DNA from: Minutocellus sp. GHC0000111
Taxonomy: Eukaryota
DNA: 64,000 nt
Reading direction: 5' to 3'
Assembly (NCBI GenBank): GCA_977018835.1
Contig: OZ361257.1
Span: forward strand, 5,456,001 to 5,520,000
Part shown: one piece after another, positions 33,490 through 46,506 of the stretch
Layout: every line of letters begins with the position of its first letter
Position numbering within the stretch: the first letter of the stretch is position 1
Notes under the pieces: generated by a model
What the model saw: only the letters and a program-made list of their open reading frames with translations
The model's database searches: none
What the model was told of the DNA's origin: nothing
Made by a program: the position numbers and the translations under genes

Positions 33490-33855
33490 TATTATCTCCC
33501 AAGGATACAACGATTTGGTAAATTAGCTGCGGTAATTCCTGATAAATGACACTGATGAGCAGTCAAGGACCGCGACCGGCCGTTCGGAATTACTTGCGAT
33601 CGTTTGCCGCCCGGCTCTTGCTTTGCGCTTCCGCGGCGTTGCTGTTTTCGAGTTTCTCGCCGGCGGCGGCGGTGCGACACTCCTCAACCAAATTTTCCCC
33701 TGTATTTTGCCTCAACTCTTAAAGTAGAGGAGTAATTATCATCTGCATAGCACCATAGCACCATGATATCGGCGAATTATCATTGTGGCTGACCTGTGGC
33801 ATTGCTGCTGACTCTTCCTCTCTGAGTAAAAGAAACTTGGCCGTCCGATAGCATT

Positions 33856-34530
33856 ATGTCTGAAGTCGACAAGCCGGCAGAGAAGAACGACGATGACGCC
33901 GAGAGAGCCCCCAAAAGGAGCCGCTCTGATGCAGACACCAACGCCACCAACGCCAATCCGACAAAAGTGGACGAATCATTTTCATCTCTCAAGTCCAGAA
34001 TGAAGGAAAGTATGTCTAAGGATGGCATAATCAACATGGTTCAGGAGATATGGGAGAGCGAACATGCCAGCAAACAGACTCGCGAGCTCATATTCGACAC
34101 GATCAAGTGCAAGCATGAGGAGAGAATGGCCAAGCTGAGGGACTCATGGATGCCCGCTGATGACCAGACCATCATGCTAAATTACGACTGGAAGAGTGAG
34201 GATAGCCGGTTCATCTTCAAGGTCAAGAGTGTGATCGATAGCAAGTCCAAAACAATAATGTTGCAAGGCGAAGGAATGGAAACAGAGGTGACGGTTGAAG
34301 ACCTGAAAGAAATGCTGGAAGAAGGTGGTGTGGAGGAGTTGGAAGACGAGGAATTTGGTTGCGAGGAATGCGGCGTCGGCGGATCGACGCTGTCTATATT
34401 TGTGGAGTACAAGGAAAGTGAAGACAAATATCGCCTATATACTGAGAGTGGTATTATGTGTGCCTGTATGAATGCCTATCCCGAGCGCAATGGTGGAGGG
34501 AAAGAATATTATTATGCGATTGAATCATAA
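33856..34530 (+). CDS. Hypothetical protein, 224 aa
   Basis: Clean ATG-TAA ORF with protein-like composition between AT-rich flanks; CEEC and CAC motifs; no family recognised. Confidence 0.65.
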   Translation: MSEVDKPAEKNDDDAERAPKRSRSDADTNATNANPTKVDESFSSLKSRMKESMSKDGIINMVQEIWESEHASKQTRELIFDTIKCKHEERMAKLRDSWMPADDQTIMLNYDWKSEDSRFIFKVKSVIDSKSKTIMLQGEGMETEVTVEDLKEMLEEGGVEELEDEEFGCEECGVGGSTLSIFVEYKESEDKYRLYTESGIMCACMNAYPERNGGGKEYYYAIES

Positions 34531-34688
34531 TTGATATTCATTTGAAGGATAAAACATGGAAGATTCTACATGGTTCCATCATGTCCTCTATCATTCTCTT
34601 CTACCAAATAAATTATTGTATTACATGCATGTAGAAATTTCTACCAATCTTCATTCCACCTCATACCTGTAGATCCAGCTATGCAGCT

Positions 34689-37400
34689 CTAGATGTCAAA
34701 AGACATGTCCTCGGAACGCATTCCTGCATAATGCGGCGCTTCTTCGCCGTAGCCTCCACCGGCACCGCCATACTGATCCACATCGTCTCGGTAGTCATAT
34801 CCATATCCACCTCCACCTCCACCGGTACCGCCGTAGTAATCCTCTCCCCCAGTCCCTGCGTACGCCCCCCCACCGCTATGATAACGGCTTGAATTTCTCT
34901 CCACAGACACACCGGGTCTTCTCCGGCTGGCGGATCGACGACCATCGTCTTGCCCGCCTTTGCTCATGGAATTTTTGAAGCTGAACATCTTGGACTTCTT
35001 CTTGAGGCCCTCCACCTTCATTGACATTTCCTGATTTTTTGTCACCTGCTTGGAATATCCCTTGAGGTTCTTCTTAAGCTCTCTCGTACTCTGCTTCTGC
35101 TCTTTCCTTTGCTTTACAAAAGCCTCTCGCTCCGCCTGTCGGGCCAATGTTGCCTTCTGCTGATCGGCATCGAGCTTGAGCAAATGCTCACGTTTTTGCT
35201 GTTCCGTCATAGCCCTGGCCTGTTCCGATGCAAACATGCGCTGAGCAACTTCCAATTCCTTAGCTTGCTTTTCCAAGGCAGCCTTCTGCGAAGCCTCGAA
35301 CCTTTGTAGTCGAATCCGCTCAGCCTCGATCTCCTTTTGCAAGCGCTTCTTGTCAGCTTCATTTTTCTTCACAGCATCAATCTGCAGCCTCTCAATTTCC
35401 TGCGAACGAAACAAAATGAGATGAATTACAAGGCAATATGGAGAATTGTCAACGGTAAGAGAGGGGAAAATACGAGGGATATTGCCCAGTGCGTGCGCAG
35501 CAAAGATTCCAAAATCAAATGAATCGATATCGAGCATCTCACCTTCATCTTCTCCTTGACGAGACGCTGGTGCTGCCTTTCGAGGTCAGAAAGATACTTT
35601 TCTTGCTCCTCCTTGGCTTGATTGAGCGCTCTGGCTTGAATCTTTTGTCTCTCATCAAGACGCTTCTGCTCCCGCTTCATCTTGGCCGAGAACTGTCTCT
35701 TCTGTTTGACTTCTGCCTTCAGAAGCGCTTCGACCTGCATCTTCTTTCGATGTTCCTGCTCCACATGCGCTCTTTCCAGGCGTTTCTTCTCCACCACGAG
35801 CTTCTTGGCAGCCTTCTTCTCGTCCTTGGACTTGAATTTTGTTGGAGTGAAATTGTCCGTGGCGACCATCTTGTCAAACTCATGAGAACCAACGGCCATA
35901 TCGTTGTCGCTGGTCAGGAAGCTGTTGGTGTTGGTAGGATTCCTCGGGCTTTCGCCTCCTTCTTCATCGCCAGCATCTCTACTCATCATACCATTGCGCC
36001 CGTGTTTGACGGGGGACATTGGCCGGCTCCTTGATTTGCTCAAACCGGCAGGTCCACGCTTGAAGTTTTTGCCATTCTTTGTCGGCTTATCTGTTGATTT
36101 CGAGGCTTGAAGGACGGAATAGAAAAATTAGAAAGGACCGAAGGGAAAACACACTTACTTGCGATAGAAAGGAAATGGCGAAACTCACTCTTATCGAACA
36201 TTCCCTCAAAGCGACTGCCATCCGGTCGAATCAAAACGCCAAAGCCCTGTCGGAATCCATTTACCCATTCGCCTTCGTATTGCTCTCCGGTCACTGTCTG
36301 GACCCTACCCTTACCGTGCTTCTGCCAGTTGGAGAAGTTTCCCTCGTATAGATTTCCTTCGGCATCATGTACACATGCGTGTCCTGGAGTCGAAACCAAC
36401 AGAAAAAGAAAGGATAAAGATAAATGCCATGGTTAGAATTCGCATCCTTCGATTGCCAAAAGCTCAGTGCGCATCATTCCCCGCCTAGCATAAACTTACC
36501 ATTTTTGACCATCTGTAGTGTTCCATGGTGCCAGCGACCCTCGAACATACCCGTGCCATCTCCTCGGATGACTTTACCATCTCCATGAGGCTGATGGTCT
36601 TGCCACATACCTTCGTAGCGGTCGCCACTTTTGGCATAGTGGATGGTACCGAGGCCATCGCGTTTGCCCCCGAGCATTTGGCCAGAATAGACGTTGCCGA
36701 AGGCATCAGCTTGATTTTGCACCAGGACCCGTCCGGCATTGGTATGGGTATCATTGGCGCCAGCGTCACTGATCATGGACAGGTTGCCCATAGTCTTTTC
36801 TTCATCCTCGTCGTCACTTTCGGCTCCGCCGCAGCCGTTCGCAACGCAGGACTTGATCTGCCGGGAGATTCCTGTCATCACGAGATCGAAAATGGATGGG
36901 TCTTCATCGCCATCATCGCGCGCTTTTGAGTTTCTCGACCCTTTGCTACTGTTTCCACATTGGCTACTTCGCCCTGTTTCGTTCCCGGCGTTGTTGGGAA
37001 TTGGAGCACCGCCACCCGGGAAGGCACCGAATGGAAGCGGCGGAAGAGCGGTAGGATGACCACCATAGTAGTTTGCAGCGCCGGGAGGAAGAGGAGGAGC
37101 GACACCCCTAGTAGGGCGGTGGGGAACAAATGCTGTGGTATCTCCCATTTCGGCAGATGCTCCGGGAGATCCTCCCATGGCACCAGCACCCCCAAAGTTG
37201 GGTATCGTCGTGGCGCCGGCATTACCTTGCGTATTGTAGTTTGTCATTGGAGCAGCCATTGCGCGACCGCCAAAGCCACCTCCGGCGGCAGCCATCTGAG
37301 GTGGATAGTGTTGAGGAGCGACGCCGCCACCGTAGCCGTAGCCACCTCCATATGGGGCACCGCTGGGTTGCGGTGGATATTGTTGCTGCTGCTGATCCAT
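34689..37400 (-). CDS. MORN-repeat and coiled-coil protein (4 exons)
   Basis: YSGQMLGGKRDGLG, YEGMWQDHQPHGDG, YEGNFSNWQKHGKG, YEGEWVNGFRQGFG. Exons 37400-36500, 36383-36189, 36090-35543, 35399-34689, GT-AG and in frame. Confidence 0.85.
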
Positions 37401-38164
37401 CGTTATCAATCAAATCCTCAAAAGCTCAAATTATTGCTTTGGTTGGAAGATAAAACAAAGAAGCAGTGCCTCCCTTGGCCGGTCAGATCCAATCACAAAA
37501 TAGATCGATTGCGCGATGCCCACTTGGTGATGAGATATCTGCACAAACTACCAGTATGAACAGTCGATGCCCGTCAAATGAATCACGAGATCAGCGGCCA
37601 GTGGCGATTGTCCTGCGATTGCCCTGGTTCTTCATGTCGGTGCCTGCGATTTTGTATGGGCCGAAAAGAGCTTTCCATCACAAGGGCTTTTCCCTCTCTT
37701 ATGACGACGAAATGACATCACCGAAATAAATGGTTAGAAGAATTTGACTCGATCGACTGCAAGACCACCAAAACAAGGGCTTGACCAAAAAGGCTGCGCG
37801 GCGGTGAGTGACCGTACAGTGTATTCCCATCGATACATGTAACGCTTTAGATGTAGATCTAATTCCTACTAGTGACATCTAATTCACAACCCTACTTTAG
37901 CTGCACTCAAAATACCATGGTAATATTGTCAGCACCGGTTCCACTGACAAGAAGTCGTCAGTGGACCGACCGCCGACAGACAAAACACAAACGAAGTGAT
38001 CGCTTTTACGGAAACAAAAACAGCGGCAAACTTTCCGCCCATGAAGTGAACTAGATCTAGGAATTCCTACCGGCACATGAGCACAGTAGCTAATACCGGG
38101 AACTCTGCAACTCTTCCGGTAACTCTGCAACTCTTCAAGGCTCACGTGCGTCAAAATTCTCCAG

Positions 38165-40041
38165 CTAGTCGAGGCCAAACGCTTCAAGGGTTGCCACCAG
38201 TACCAGGGACAGCGGGAAGATTGACAAAACCAAAAGACCTTGAAAGCTTGACATTTTGTTTCGTTGGACCAAAATTCCCATGAGTACCTCTACCAGCACA
38301 ATCGCAATCGTCTCTGCGGTATACTGCCACGCCAAACCCCGGAAGTATACCAGGCCCATGAAGATGGATAGACAAAAGGTGTTGTTCATGGATGCAGCAC
38401 CCTCGAGCGCCGTCAAGCTGACGGTAATAGTCTTGCGCGTCTTCTTGGCAGCATAATATTGTGACGCAATTACTTCTGAGGCGTTTGATGCCAGCGGTGC
38501 GAGTACAAATGCGACATAGAACGAATTCAGACCTGCACGGGAAGCGATCTCCTGCATCACATCAACCATCGGATCCGAGAAAATCAAGACCAGTGTGGTA
38601 CCGATTGCCAGCATAATGAAGGCCCTTTGTTTGATGATGCGTTGCTGTTCATGAGGGGGCAGACTCGTGATGTCCTCAGGCACTTCTTCTTCCTCCTCCT
38701 CCTGATCACCACCATCACCTTCAAACATGTTGTTGAGCATCAAATCTCGTGATGATCCCGTTTCAGAACCATTTGCACCACCAACAGCATGCTCGGAAAG
38801 CTGGCCTCCTCCCTGCTCCTTTTCGATTTGCATGAGAATGATGCTATAGACCATGCCGATGAATTCTTCTTCATTGATCGCCCCGCTATTGTCGACGTCG
38901 TAGCGGCTAAATATGGCATCGACATCGCGTTCGGAAATTTCTTCATGGAAGTCAGTCAGAAAGACACTGGCCTCCGACTTTTCGAGGAGCGAGTTCTTAT
39001 CCTTGTCATACTTCATGAACGATTCATTCAAAAGCTCCCTGAGATATTCCTTCGTCTCCGGTGGAGGGTACCACTTGGTGTCATCGTTCGAATCTGTTAA
39101 GCTCTGGTAACCGCCAGATGTGGACGAGGAACCGCCAAGCTGAGGGGCACCGTGCGTCTTGATTGTGTCGGCGAGGGCACCGCTAAGACTAACCTTTCCA
39201 TCGGTTAGCAACTTCTTCATGATGGCCACCCGCTTCAATTTGTCAGTCCCCTTCTTCGAGATGCGAAGCTGGAGAAGGAGGTAGCTGACAAAACCGATGA
39301 GACAAATGATCAGACCACTAAGTGCCCAGTACTTTTCTCCCTCGGCGACCTCTTCGGCCGGGCCGTGGAGGAACAGCGCGGGTACCTGGATCAGGAAATA
39401 GGGGATGGTGGTCATGACCATGATGATTCCGCCGTGCTGCACTTCCTTATTCAACGCAACACCACTCATGAACAAGGTCTGGCGCATGTCCTGGTCCGGG
39501 TTGAGCTTGGGCTTGCCCATGTAGTTCAGCGTGCCGTCGGCGTTGATATCAACCCGGCCGCTCATCACCGAAAGGGCCCAGGGAACCGTCAGGAGCATGA
39601 TGATACTACCCGCCAAAGCACCGACTCCGACCGATAGCGTCTTCTGGGCCTGTTCGATATCGCCCAGCCCAGAGAAGAGGATGATTGCACCATCGGGTAC
39701 CGCGCCAAGAATCGGAAGGACGACCCCGCCGACGAGGCCAGCCATCGATGGGATCAGCAGGAGCAAGTCCGACCCCTCGGCAATCAAGTTGGAGGAATAA
39801 AAGAGGACATATCCATACGTGAGGAATAGCCAAAGCAGGCCCGTCAGGCCAACCTCACTCGGTTCCTGTTGTTCGTGGTAAGATGAGGAGGGTCGAAAGG
39901 AATTAGATACAGCCATGAACGGATAGAAAGGCCCGCACCATTCACGCAAAAGATACGGCCAGAAACCAATGAGTCAGTCGTCTATTTCCCCGAACGCTGA
40001 CCGCCAGCCACCGGAAAACTCACAATGGCTGGAAATCCCAT
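38165..40041 (-). CDS. EF-hand-containing Na+/Ca2+ exchanger-like protein (NCL/EF-CAX type)
   Basis: LPILGAVPD and PLASNASE alpha-repeats; EF hands DKDKNSLLEKSE and DVDNSGAINEEE. An 18-nt first exon (40041-40024, MGFPAI) splices to 39865. Confidence 0.92.
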
Positions 40042-40458
40042 GGCACAGAGAAGTATTGAAAGAGCTTGTGGTGTGCTACGTGCAGATACTAGTAGCAGTA
40101 ATGGCAAACAAGGAATGAATCGCAGCTCCAGGTCGGCAGGTGCAAGATTTAGGCACCGTGCTGGGCCGGTGCGGTGTTGTACTACGTAGCTACGTACGTA
40201 CGTTGTTTCGGCTACGGCCTACGTACGGAAGCGAACCCAACCTGCACTTTCATGCCAGCACACCGAACCTTTGGTTCTGGTTGGCTTGACACCGACGCAT
40301 CATCGCCGTGATGCCATCACGACGAATATCTTTCACCGCACGCGCGCCGAGCTCACAATAATCCAAAACTTTCCAAGCCAACAAGCAACATCCACAACCA
40401 TCAATCACCTCAGGTTCCAGTAAAGCTGCAGCATATCAAAGAGAACTATTCTCCAACC

Positions 40459-40866
40459 ATGATCCATCGCCAAGTACTCCTCGTCGCATTGCTCGCCACC
40501 TCCTCACAGGCATTCGTTGTCAGCAGGGCTCGTCCATTGCGTCAAGCAATCAGAACCTATGCCCTCTCCGATCATGGTCCCAACAAACCAGGCAAGCTCC
40601 CAATCCACCATCTCGACCCGCACCCAACCTCCTCGAGCGTCGAACATGGCGTAGTAGGAACGGCACCAGCACCGACCGGAAAGCAAGATCCGGATGGCGT
40701 CGTCGAACATGGTGTCATCGGTGTCGACCATCCAATTCTGGGCGATTCACATGATCCCCATGGTCCTGTGGAGCACGGTCTCATGGCCGAGAAGGCCGGC
40801 AGGAAGCCCAACCTCGACGCCCACCCGACTAGTGCCAGCGTCGAGCACACCCTGCTTCGCCCGTAG
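40459..40866 (+). CDS. Small plastid-targeted His/Pro-rich repeat protein
   Basis: Signal peptide, SQA-FVV and basic transit peptide; four D(P/A)...VEH repeats. Confidence 0.75.
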   Translation: MIHRQVLLVALLATSSQAFVVSRARPLRQAIRTYALSDHGPNKPGKLPIHHLDPHPTSSSVEHGVVGTAPAPTGKQDPDGVVEHGVIGVDHPILGDSHDPHGPVEHGLMAEKAGRKPNLDAHPTSASVEHTLLRP

Positions 40867-41615
40867 GTAAGCCAGTAGGCGCTACGTAGCTAAGTAGCTT
40901 GCAGGCGAAAAAGAATAAAAGACATCATGCTGAAAGATAATGAAAAAAGAAAACATACTGAAAATATATATGTGCCGGGGTAACTTCGAATATGCTACCA
41001 AGCCAAGGTACACACCTACATGCCAAAGAGTAATGTGTGTGTAATAGAAAATAAGTAAAGGTGAAGGGGAAACGGTCATCTCTTTGCCACTTGCAGAGGA
41101 TAACCGAACCATGTACTCAATTGTATAAGATTCACCAGCAATAGAGAAAAAAAAGATAAAATAGAATCACATGCATGTCGACCGTTTCTTTGATTTCCCT
41201 TTTGTTGCAGCTTCGGAGGGAGAGACGTTTTTGTACATTTTAGAAGACCAGCTCGTGCTGATCTACCTACAGGCAGCCACTGCTGGGAGATATCGATAGA
41301 AACTCAATCGTTTTTGATGTTAAGAGAAAGGAAAATACTACAATGGCGACTTTTGCCACAGAGCCGATTCCCTATAATATTATGCCTGCAGATTCACTTC
41401 GGATTTATCCCCGCAACATCACGTAAAGAATCTCGATGCCGGTATTCCAACGAAAAGGGACCACAGAGAATTCAATTTCGACCCCAAAATAACTTGCAAA
41501 CATTTTCCACCGCTTCACCGGTAGCCACCAATTCAAAATCGTCCGCGCGACCAACCTTCTGCATCAACTCCATTCATTCAAATAACATTCCAAGTCATCA
41601 TATCATATCAATTGT

Positions 41616-42698
41616 TTACGATCGCTTGCTCTTCTTGGGCTTGACGTAGGACTGAACATAGAACTGAGCGAAGAGGAAGAAGAGACTCAAGATGTAAACG
41701 AGGTAGACGAAGATAACACGGAGGCTGGTCTTCTCGCACTGAGTGGCGAGGAGGAAGGTGGCCTGGCTCATCATGGTGACGAACTGGATCATCTGCATGA
41801 GGGTGAGGTAGGACTTCCACCAGATGGGAAGGGACTTGCCGGTCTTAGAGTCCTTGGTGTGCATGCAGATGAAGTAGTAGGTGTACATGACGGTGTGGAT
41901 AAAGCCGTTGAGGAAGATGGTGAGGTAGATGTCTCCGTCGTAGTTGACGTGGGAGTTGAGCCAGTAGAAGAGGAAGATGGTGGTGTGGTGGTAAACATGG
42001 AGGAAGGAGAGCTGGCGCCACTTCTTGCCGATGACGATGAAGATGGTGTCCCAGAAGTCCCAGACCTGTACGTGGCAGAAAATAGTGATAGGTTCAAGGC
42101 GGCAGAAATTAATTGGGGTAGGGAAAAATGATGATATTTCGAGAGAGGCAACTCAACTAACAAGAGCAAGGGACTGGTCATTTGTGCTTCCTGCATGTCA
42201 CGGCGTCATGGCGCCTCTTTTGTAACGCCCCCGCACAACGATCGTCCTAGCTAGATTCAACTTTTGCCCACAATCACCGTTATTATAGCGAAACACAGCC
42301 ACGCAGGCGCATAGTAAATCACATACCTTGGAAATGTAGAACAACCAGAGGAGGTTGGCAAGGGGGGGATTGGTGGTGTCGTAATCATTGCACGGGAGGA
42401 CGGTGTAACCGTTGCGGTAGGCAAGGAGGAAGGCCTCGATGGTCATGTACGCGCACAGCATGATCTGCGAAACGTTGTAGATGAACTTGAGGGGGTAGGG
42501 GTCCATGGCGGGAAGGCCGGAGTACTTCATGACGGCCGAACCGATGATGACGAAGCCAACGTAGACGGAAGCGACGGTGGCGGTCGAGGTAAAGTCGGTG
42601 AGGAACCAGCCCTCGGTGTAGCCGCGGAACTGCTTCTCAGAGTCGGCCCATTCCAAGATGGAATCGCCGATGGGCTCCAGAGCGTCACTAAGGCTCAT
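41616..42698 (-). CDS. Fatty-acid elongase, ELO/GNS1/SUR4 family (PUFA elongase-like)
   Basis: KVWDFWDT, FLHVYHH, HTVMYTYY, TLMQMIQF, C-terminal dilysine-like tail; intron 42326-42066. Confidence 0.95.
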
Positions 42699-43021
42699 GG
42701 TTGCTGTATTCTCTTGCTTATTCCCAAGTAACCGGAGGGTAAAGGCGGCAAAACGAGTCGAGAGGTCGAGTCGATACCGGGCAAAAAATTGAAATCGTCC
42801 ATGGCATGGCGGTTTCCGCCAGGAGTTGAAGGACAGACGAAGTACGTGGCGTCTCCGGGTTTCTTTCAGCATGCTCCTTTCTCTTTATGCCTCTCGCGCG
42901 CGCCCATGACGAGTGAGTGATGACGAAGCAAGGCGAGCGACGGTACGCAGGGGGAAGACCGCAACGGCATAATTTGGGATAATACGCATACTAATACACA
43001 CTGATTCGCGCACAAAATAAA

Positions 43022-43566
43022 ATGAAGGGCTCGATAGTTCTCAGCGCACTCTGCCTTGTAGCACAGGCCCATGTTGCGTCTGCTTTCGCCCCGATACAGC
43101 AGCTGGCTACAAGCAAATCTGATGGTGTTGCAGCATTCGCCACCCATCAGATGAAGAGTAGCAGAGCGGGAAGAGTGGTGCTCTCAATGTCGGATGGTGA
43201 TGGGAATGATAGCATGTCCAGCGAAATGTCAGCGGCGGAGGTATCGGCTGCTGCCCCGTCCTCTCCTCCCGCCGCCTCGCCTATCGCCGAATCCAAGAGC
43301 GATGTGCCACTCGACGTGCCCAGTCCGATCCTACTTGCTGGATCGATGGTCCTGGCCATCGTATCGACCGGATCGATCTTCGAGCTCCTCGGCGGAAGTC
43401 CTCAGTATGGCATGGTCCCGACTGCGCTGTTTGCTGTTGTTGGTACGCCCCTATGCTTCTTTTTGTTCTATGCGGCAATCCTCAAGGGCAATGCTATGCT
43501 GAGACGGAAGCCGATGACCAACCGTTCATGGACAGCAGCAAGAATAGCAGTTCGGGATTCTTTTAG
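43022..43566 (+). CDS. Plastid-targeted small protein with two TM helices (5-bp ATGCT duplication shifts frame near 43495)
   Basis: Exact ASAFAP motif; two hydrophobic helices; removing one ATGCT gives ...KGNAETEADDQPFMDSSKNSSSGFF-stop. Confidence 0.75.
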
Positions 43567-44274
43567 AGATTCTCGGCGAGTTGGCAGTGCCTTTCTTTTG
43601 GTACATGCTGCGCTAGTATTGGTCAGACCTAAGTAACTTCATAGAGAAGAGTGCAAAGAGAACAAAAACATGAGAAGTTCTTCTTTCTTTTCACCATTTT
43701 TTTGCACATGAGTTCTGCCCTCCTCTTGGAACTCCATTGAGTCGCATGAACAGCTGAGTACCTACATTTTCCTGAAAGTATCGCAAATATGGAAGAAGGA
43801 AGGGACGATAACTGCAAAAAAGAAGGCGGCATAGCAAGAGAATATGTTCCGGTATGCACCACGGCGTACTTTCTCTCCAGAGTGAGTGAGATCGAGAGCT
43901 GCTTGCATTGGATTATGGTGCGGCGCACATTTCTTTTTCTCCATTTTGCGCCAAGAATCAAAACTATGAGTGACGTGGTCACACACGGCCGGGCCGGCCC
44001 ACCAAAACGACGACACGCTCTCTCTCGCTCGAAAGCAACGGTGAGAACAAATCGAGAAGCGGGGGCCGAAGCGAGAGAAGGACGAGATACTACTCAGTAT
44101 TCCGGCCCACCTCCCTTCATTCTGTTTCAACCGTTAGACCTGCAGTTCCCCACTCTTCGCCCGCCTACCTCCGCGGTCCAATTTTGTACGCCGTATCGAG
44201 AATTTCTCGTTCGTAGCACTGTCTCCAAATTTTACTTGTTTTGTGCACATCCACCACCCCGACAAACCAAACAA

Positions 44275-46251
44275 ATGAGCAATACCATGAGCAAGGGGGA
44301 GGACGAGGAGGCGGCTCTCGCCGGAGAGGTCGAGACCAGCGTTAGCTTCCACCAGCGCAGCGTGGCCAATGGCGATGATACCAACATTGCGAGCAACGAT
44401 GCGGCGGGCGACACGTTTGTCAATGACGAGAAGAAGAGCAAGGAGGGCCCTTCGTCCTCCAAGCCCAACGGCGGCGGCGGCGGCGATGACGACGACGACG
44501 AGCCACTGTTCCAGTTCATGACGGGAATCAAGGACGACCTCAACGCCCGCGCTCCGCTGTACAAGGACGACTGGGGCAAACCCAGGTCGGTGTTTACCGT
44601 CATTAATGCCACCGTCTTTGCATTCATCATCCAGCTCATCCCGGCGCTGATTTTTGCCGAGCTCATGGCCCGAGAGACCCAGAACAACCTCGCCGTGGCT
44701 GAGGTGGTCCTCTCCAGTGCCGTTATTGGTATCATCTACGCCATCTTTGCCGGTCAGCCCCTGGTGATTATGGGCATTACTGGTCCCGTCGCCATTCTTC
44801 TCGGTACGTCCTACCGACTCACCCAAACCTTCGAGGCGGAGTACTTCCCCTTCTTCTTTTGGGTGTGCATCTGGGCAGGTGCGATGCACATTGTGTCCAG
44901 TATGATCGGACTGGTCAACCTGGTTTGGAAGGTCACGCCATTCACGTCGCAAATCTTTGAGTTCTTCATTGGCATCTCCTTCATTTACCTGAGTGGTCGC
45001 GATCTGATTGAGCCACTTTATCTTGGCCAAAGCGACGTCGATCCGGCTGAACGGGCGGGACAGTATGCCACCCTGCTGCTGGGCATCTTGACGTGCTACA
45101 TTTCCTACACCCTGCACTTTGCCGAGACCTGGACGCTCTTTACTCGACAGGTTCGCACCGTCTTGACGGCTTACAACACCTTGTTCGCGGTTGTCATCGT
45201 CACTGGTCTCAGTTATCTGCCAGGTGTGGATATGGGCACCCTGGATCGTGTGGATGTGTTGGCGCCCTGGGATTGGCAACCCACCGCCGACAGGCCCTGG
45301 GTAACAAACCCTCTCCAGGGTATGTCAGCGTCGGCAATCTTTGGTGCCATCATTCCCGGTCTCATGTTCTTCCTGCTGTTCATCATCGATCACAACGTAT
45401 CGAGCATTTTGAGTCAAGTGCCCAAATACAACTTGAAGAAGCCCGCAGCGTATCATTGGGATTTCTTCGTGCTTGGTATCACCTTCATTCCCTGTGCCAT
45501 CCTTGGCCTGCCGCCGGGCAATGGTCTCATCCCACAGGCTCCGCTTCATGTCCGAGCTTTGTGCACTCGCAAGATTGAAACGGACAAATACGGAGTGAAG
45601 CGGGAGGTGGTTACGTACGTCGAAGAGCAGCGATGGTCCGGTCTCGGCCAGGCCCTTTTGATGTTTGTTGCTCTCGCGGCCTTCCGTGTCATTAGCTGGA
45701 TCTCACGTGGCGCTCTATTCGGTCTGCTATTGTATCTTGGCATTGGCGCTTTGCACGGAAATGAAATTTGGGAGCGCACAATCTTTTGCCTCATGATTGC
45801 CAAGAAGCGCCCTCCCATCCCGGTCGTTACCGATGTGAAGTGGCGAACGGTTCAGTTCTTCACCCTGATTCAGCTGGTTTGTGCCTTTTCGGTCTTTATT
45901 GTGGCCAACTTTACATCTGTGGGGTACCTTTACCCGCTCCTTCTCGTGATTTTGGTTCCCATCCGTTCGTACATTCTGTCCCGCATCTTTTCGGAAGCAG
46001 ATCTGAAGCGACTTGACCCGCATGGCAAGGAAGAGGAGAACGAAGATAACTACCACGAGGAGCAGCGCATCATTCATCAGCATCAGAGGAATGAATCGAT
46101 CGATTCAGAAACAATGGAGTTCCCTCACTTTGGCGAGTTCCGAGGACAAGGTCATTCACAACTGCATCATCGGACAACGTCGGCCCTCACTGAAGACAAG
46201 GATGGTGGCGGCGACGGTGACAATAATGGTGCCAGCGCCAAGAAAGTTTAG
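44275..46251 (+). CDS. SLC4: SLC4 family bicarbonate/borate transporter
   Basis: DLNARAPLYKDDW, FAGQPLVIMGITGP, FTSQIF, LKKPAAYHWD, GLIPQAPLHVRAL, VEEQRWSG. Confidence 0.93.
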   Translation: MSNTMSKGEDEEAALAGEVETSVSFHQRSVANGDDTNIASNDAAGDTFVNDEKKSKEGPSSSKPNGGGGGDDDDDEPLFQFMTGIKDDLNARAPLYKDDWGKPRSVFTVINATVFAFIIQLIPALIFAELMARETQNNLAVAEVVLSSAVIGIIYAIFAGQPLVIMGITGPVAILLGTSYRLTQTFEAEYFPFFFWVCIWAGAMHIVSSMIGLVNLVWKVTPFTSQIFEFFIGISFIYLSGRDLIEPLYLGQSDVDPAERAGQYATLLLGILTCYISYTLHFAETWTLFTRQVRTVLTAYNTLFAVVIVTGLSYLPGVDMGTLDRVDVLAPWDWQPTADRPWVTNPLQGMSASAIFGAIIPGLMFFLLFIIDHNVSSILSQVPKYNLKKPAAYHWDFFVLGITFIPCAILGLPPGNGLIPQAPLHVRALCTRKIETDKYGVKREVVTYVEEQRWSGLGQALLMFVALAAFRVISWISRGALFGLLLYLGIGALHGNEIWERTIFCLMIAKKRPPIPVVTDVKWRTVQFFTLIQLVCAFSVFIVANFTSVGYLYPLLLVILVPIRSYILSRIFSEADLKRLDPHGKEEENEDNYHEEQRIIHQHQRNESIDSETMEFPHFGEFRGQGHSQLHHRTTSALTEDKDGGGDGDNNGASAKKV

Positions 46252-46506
46252 ATAGATCAGATATTGATTGCACATAACAAATTTATCTGAGTTCAAAACT
46301 ATAATTCACCACATTCTGGCCTTATCTAAAGTCTAATCGCCTCTGCTTCTCTTCAATGTGTCTCTTGGGGCCTCCTGGGAAGCCTTTGACCCCTATGTCA
46401 AATTTCCGAGTGTTGTTTTTGAGGCCGAGGCCGCCGCCGCGAGCGGTCATCATCACATCATGTGTCGTCGGTCCGCGTATCTTACTACTAGTACGCACTT
46501 GCAACC

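Noticed and set aside
38101..38136. Tandem AACTCTGCAACTCTTC repeat as a CRISPR-like or regulatory array
   Set aside because: Only two copies with a 4-bp gap in a 3' UTR; no spacers and no cas genes.
43789..44274. N-terminal extension of the SLC4 ORF
   Set aside because: It reads as promoter/UTR sequence; codon-biased coding begins at 44275.
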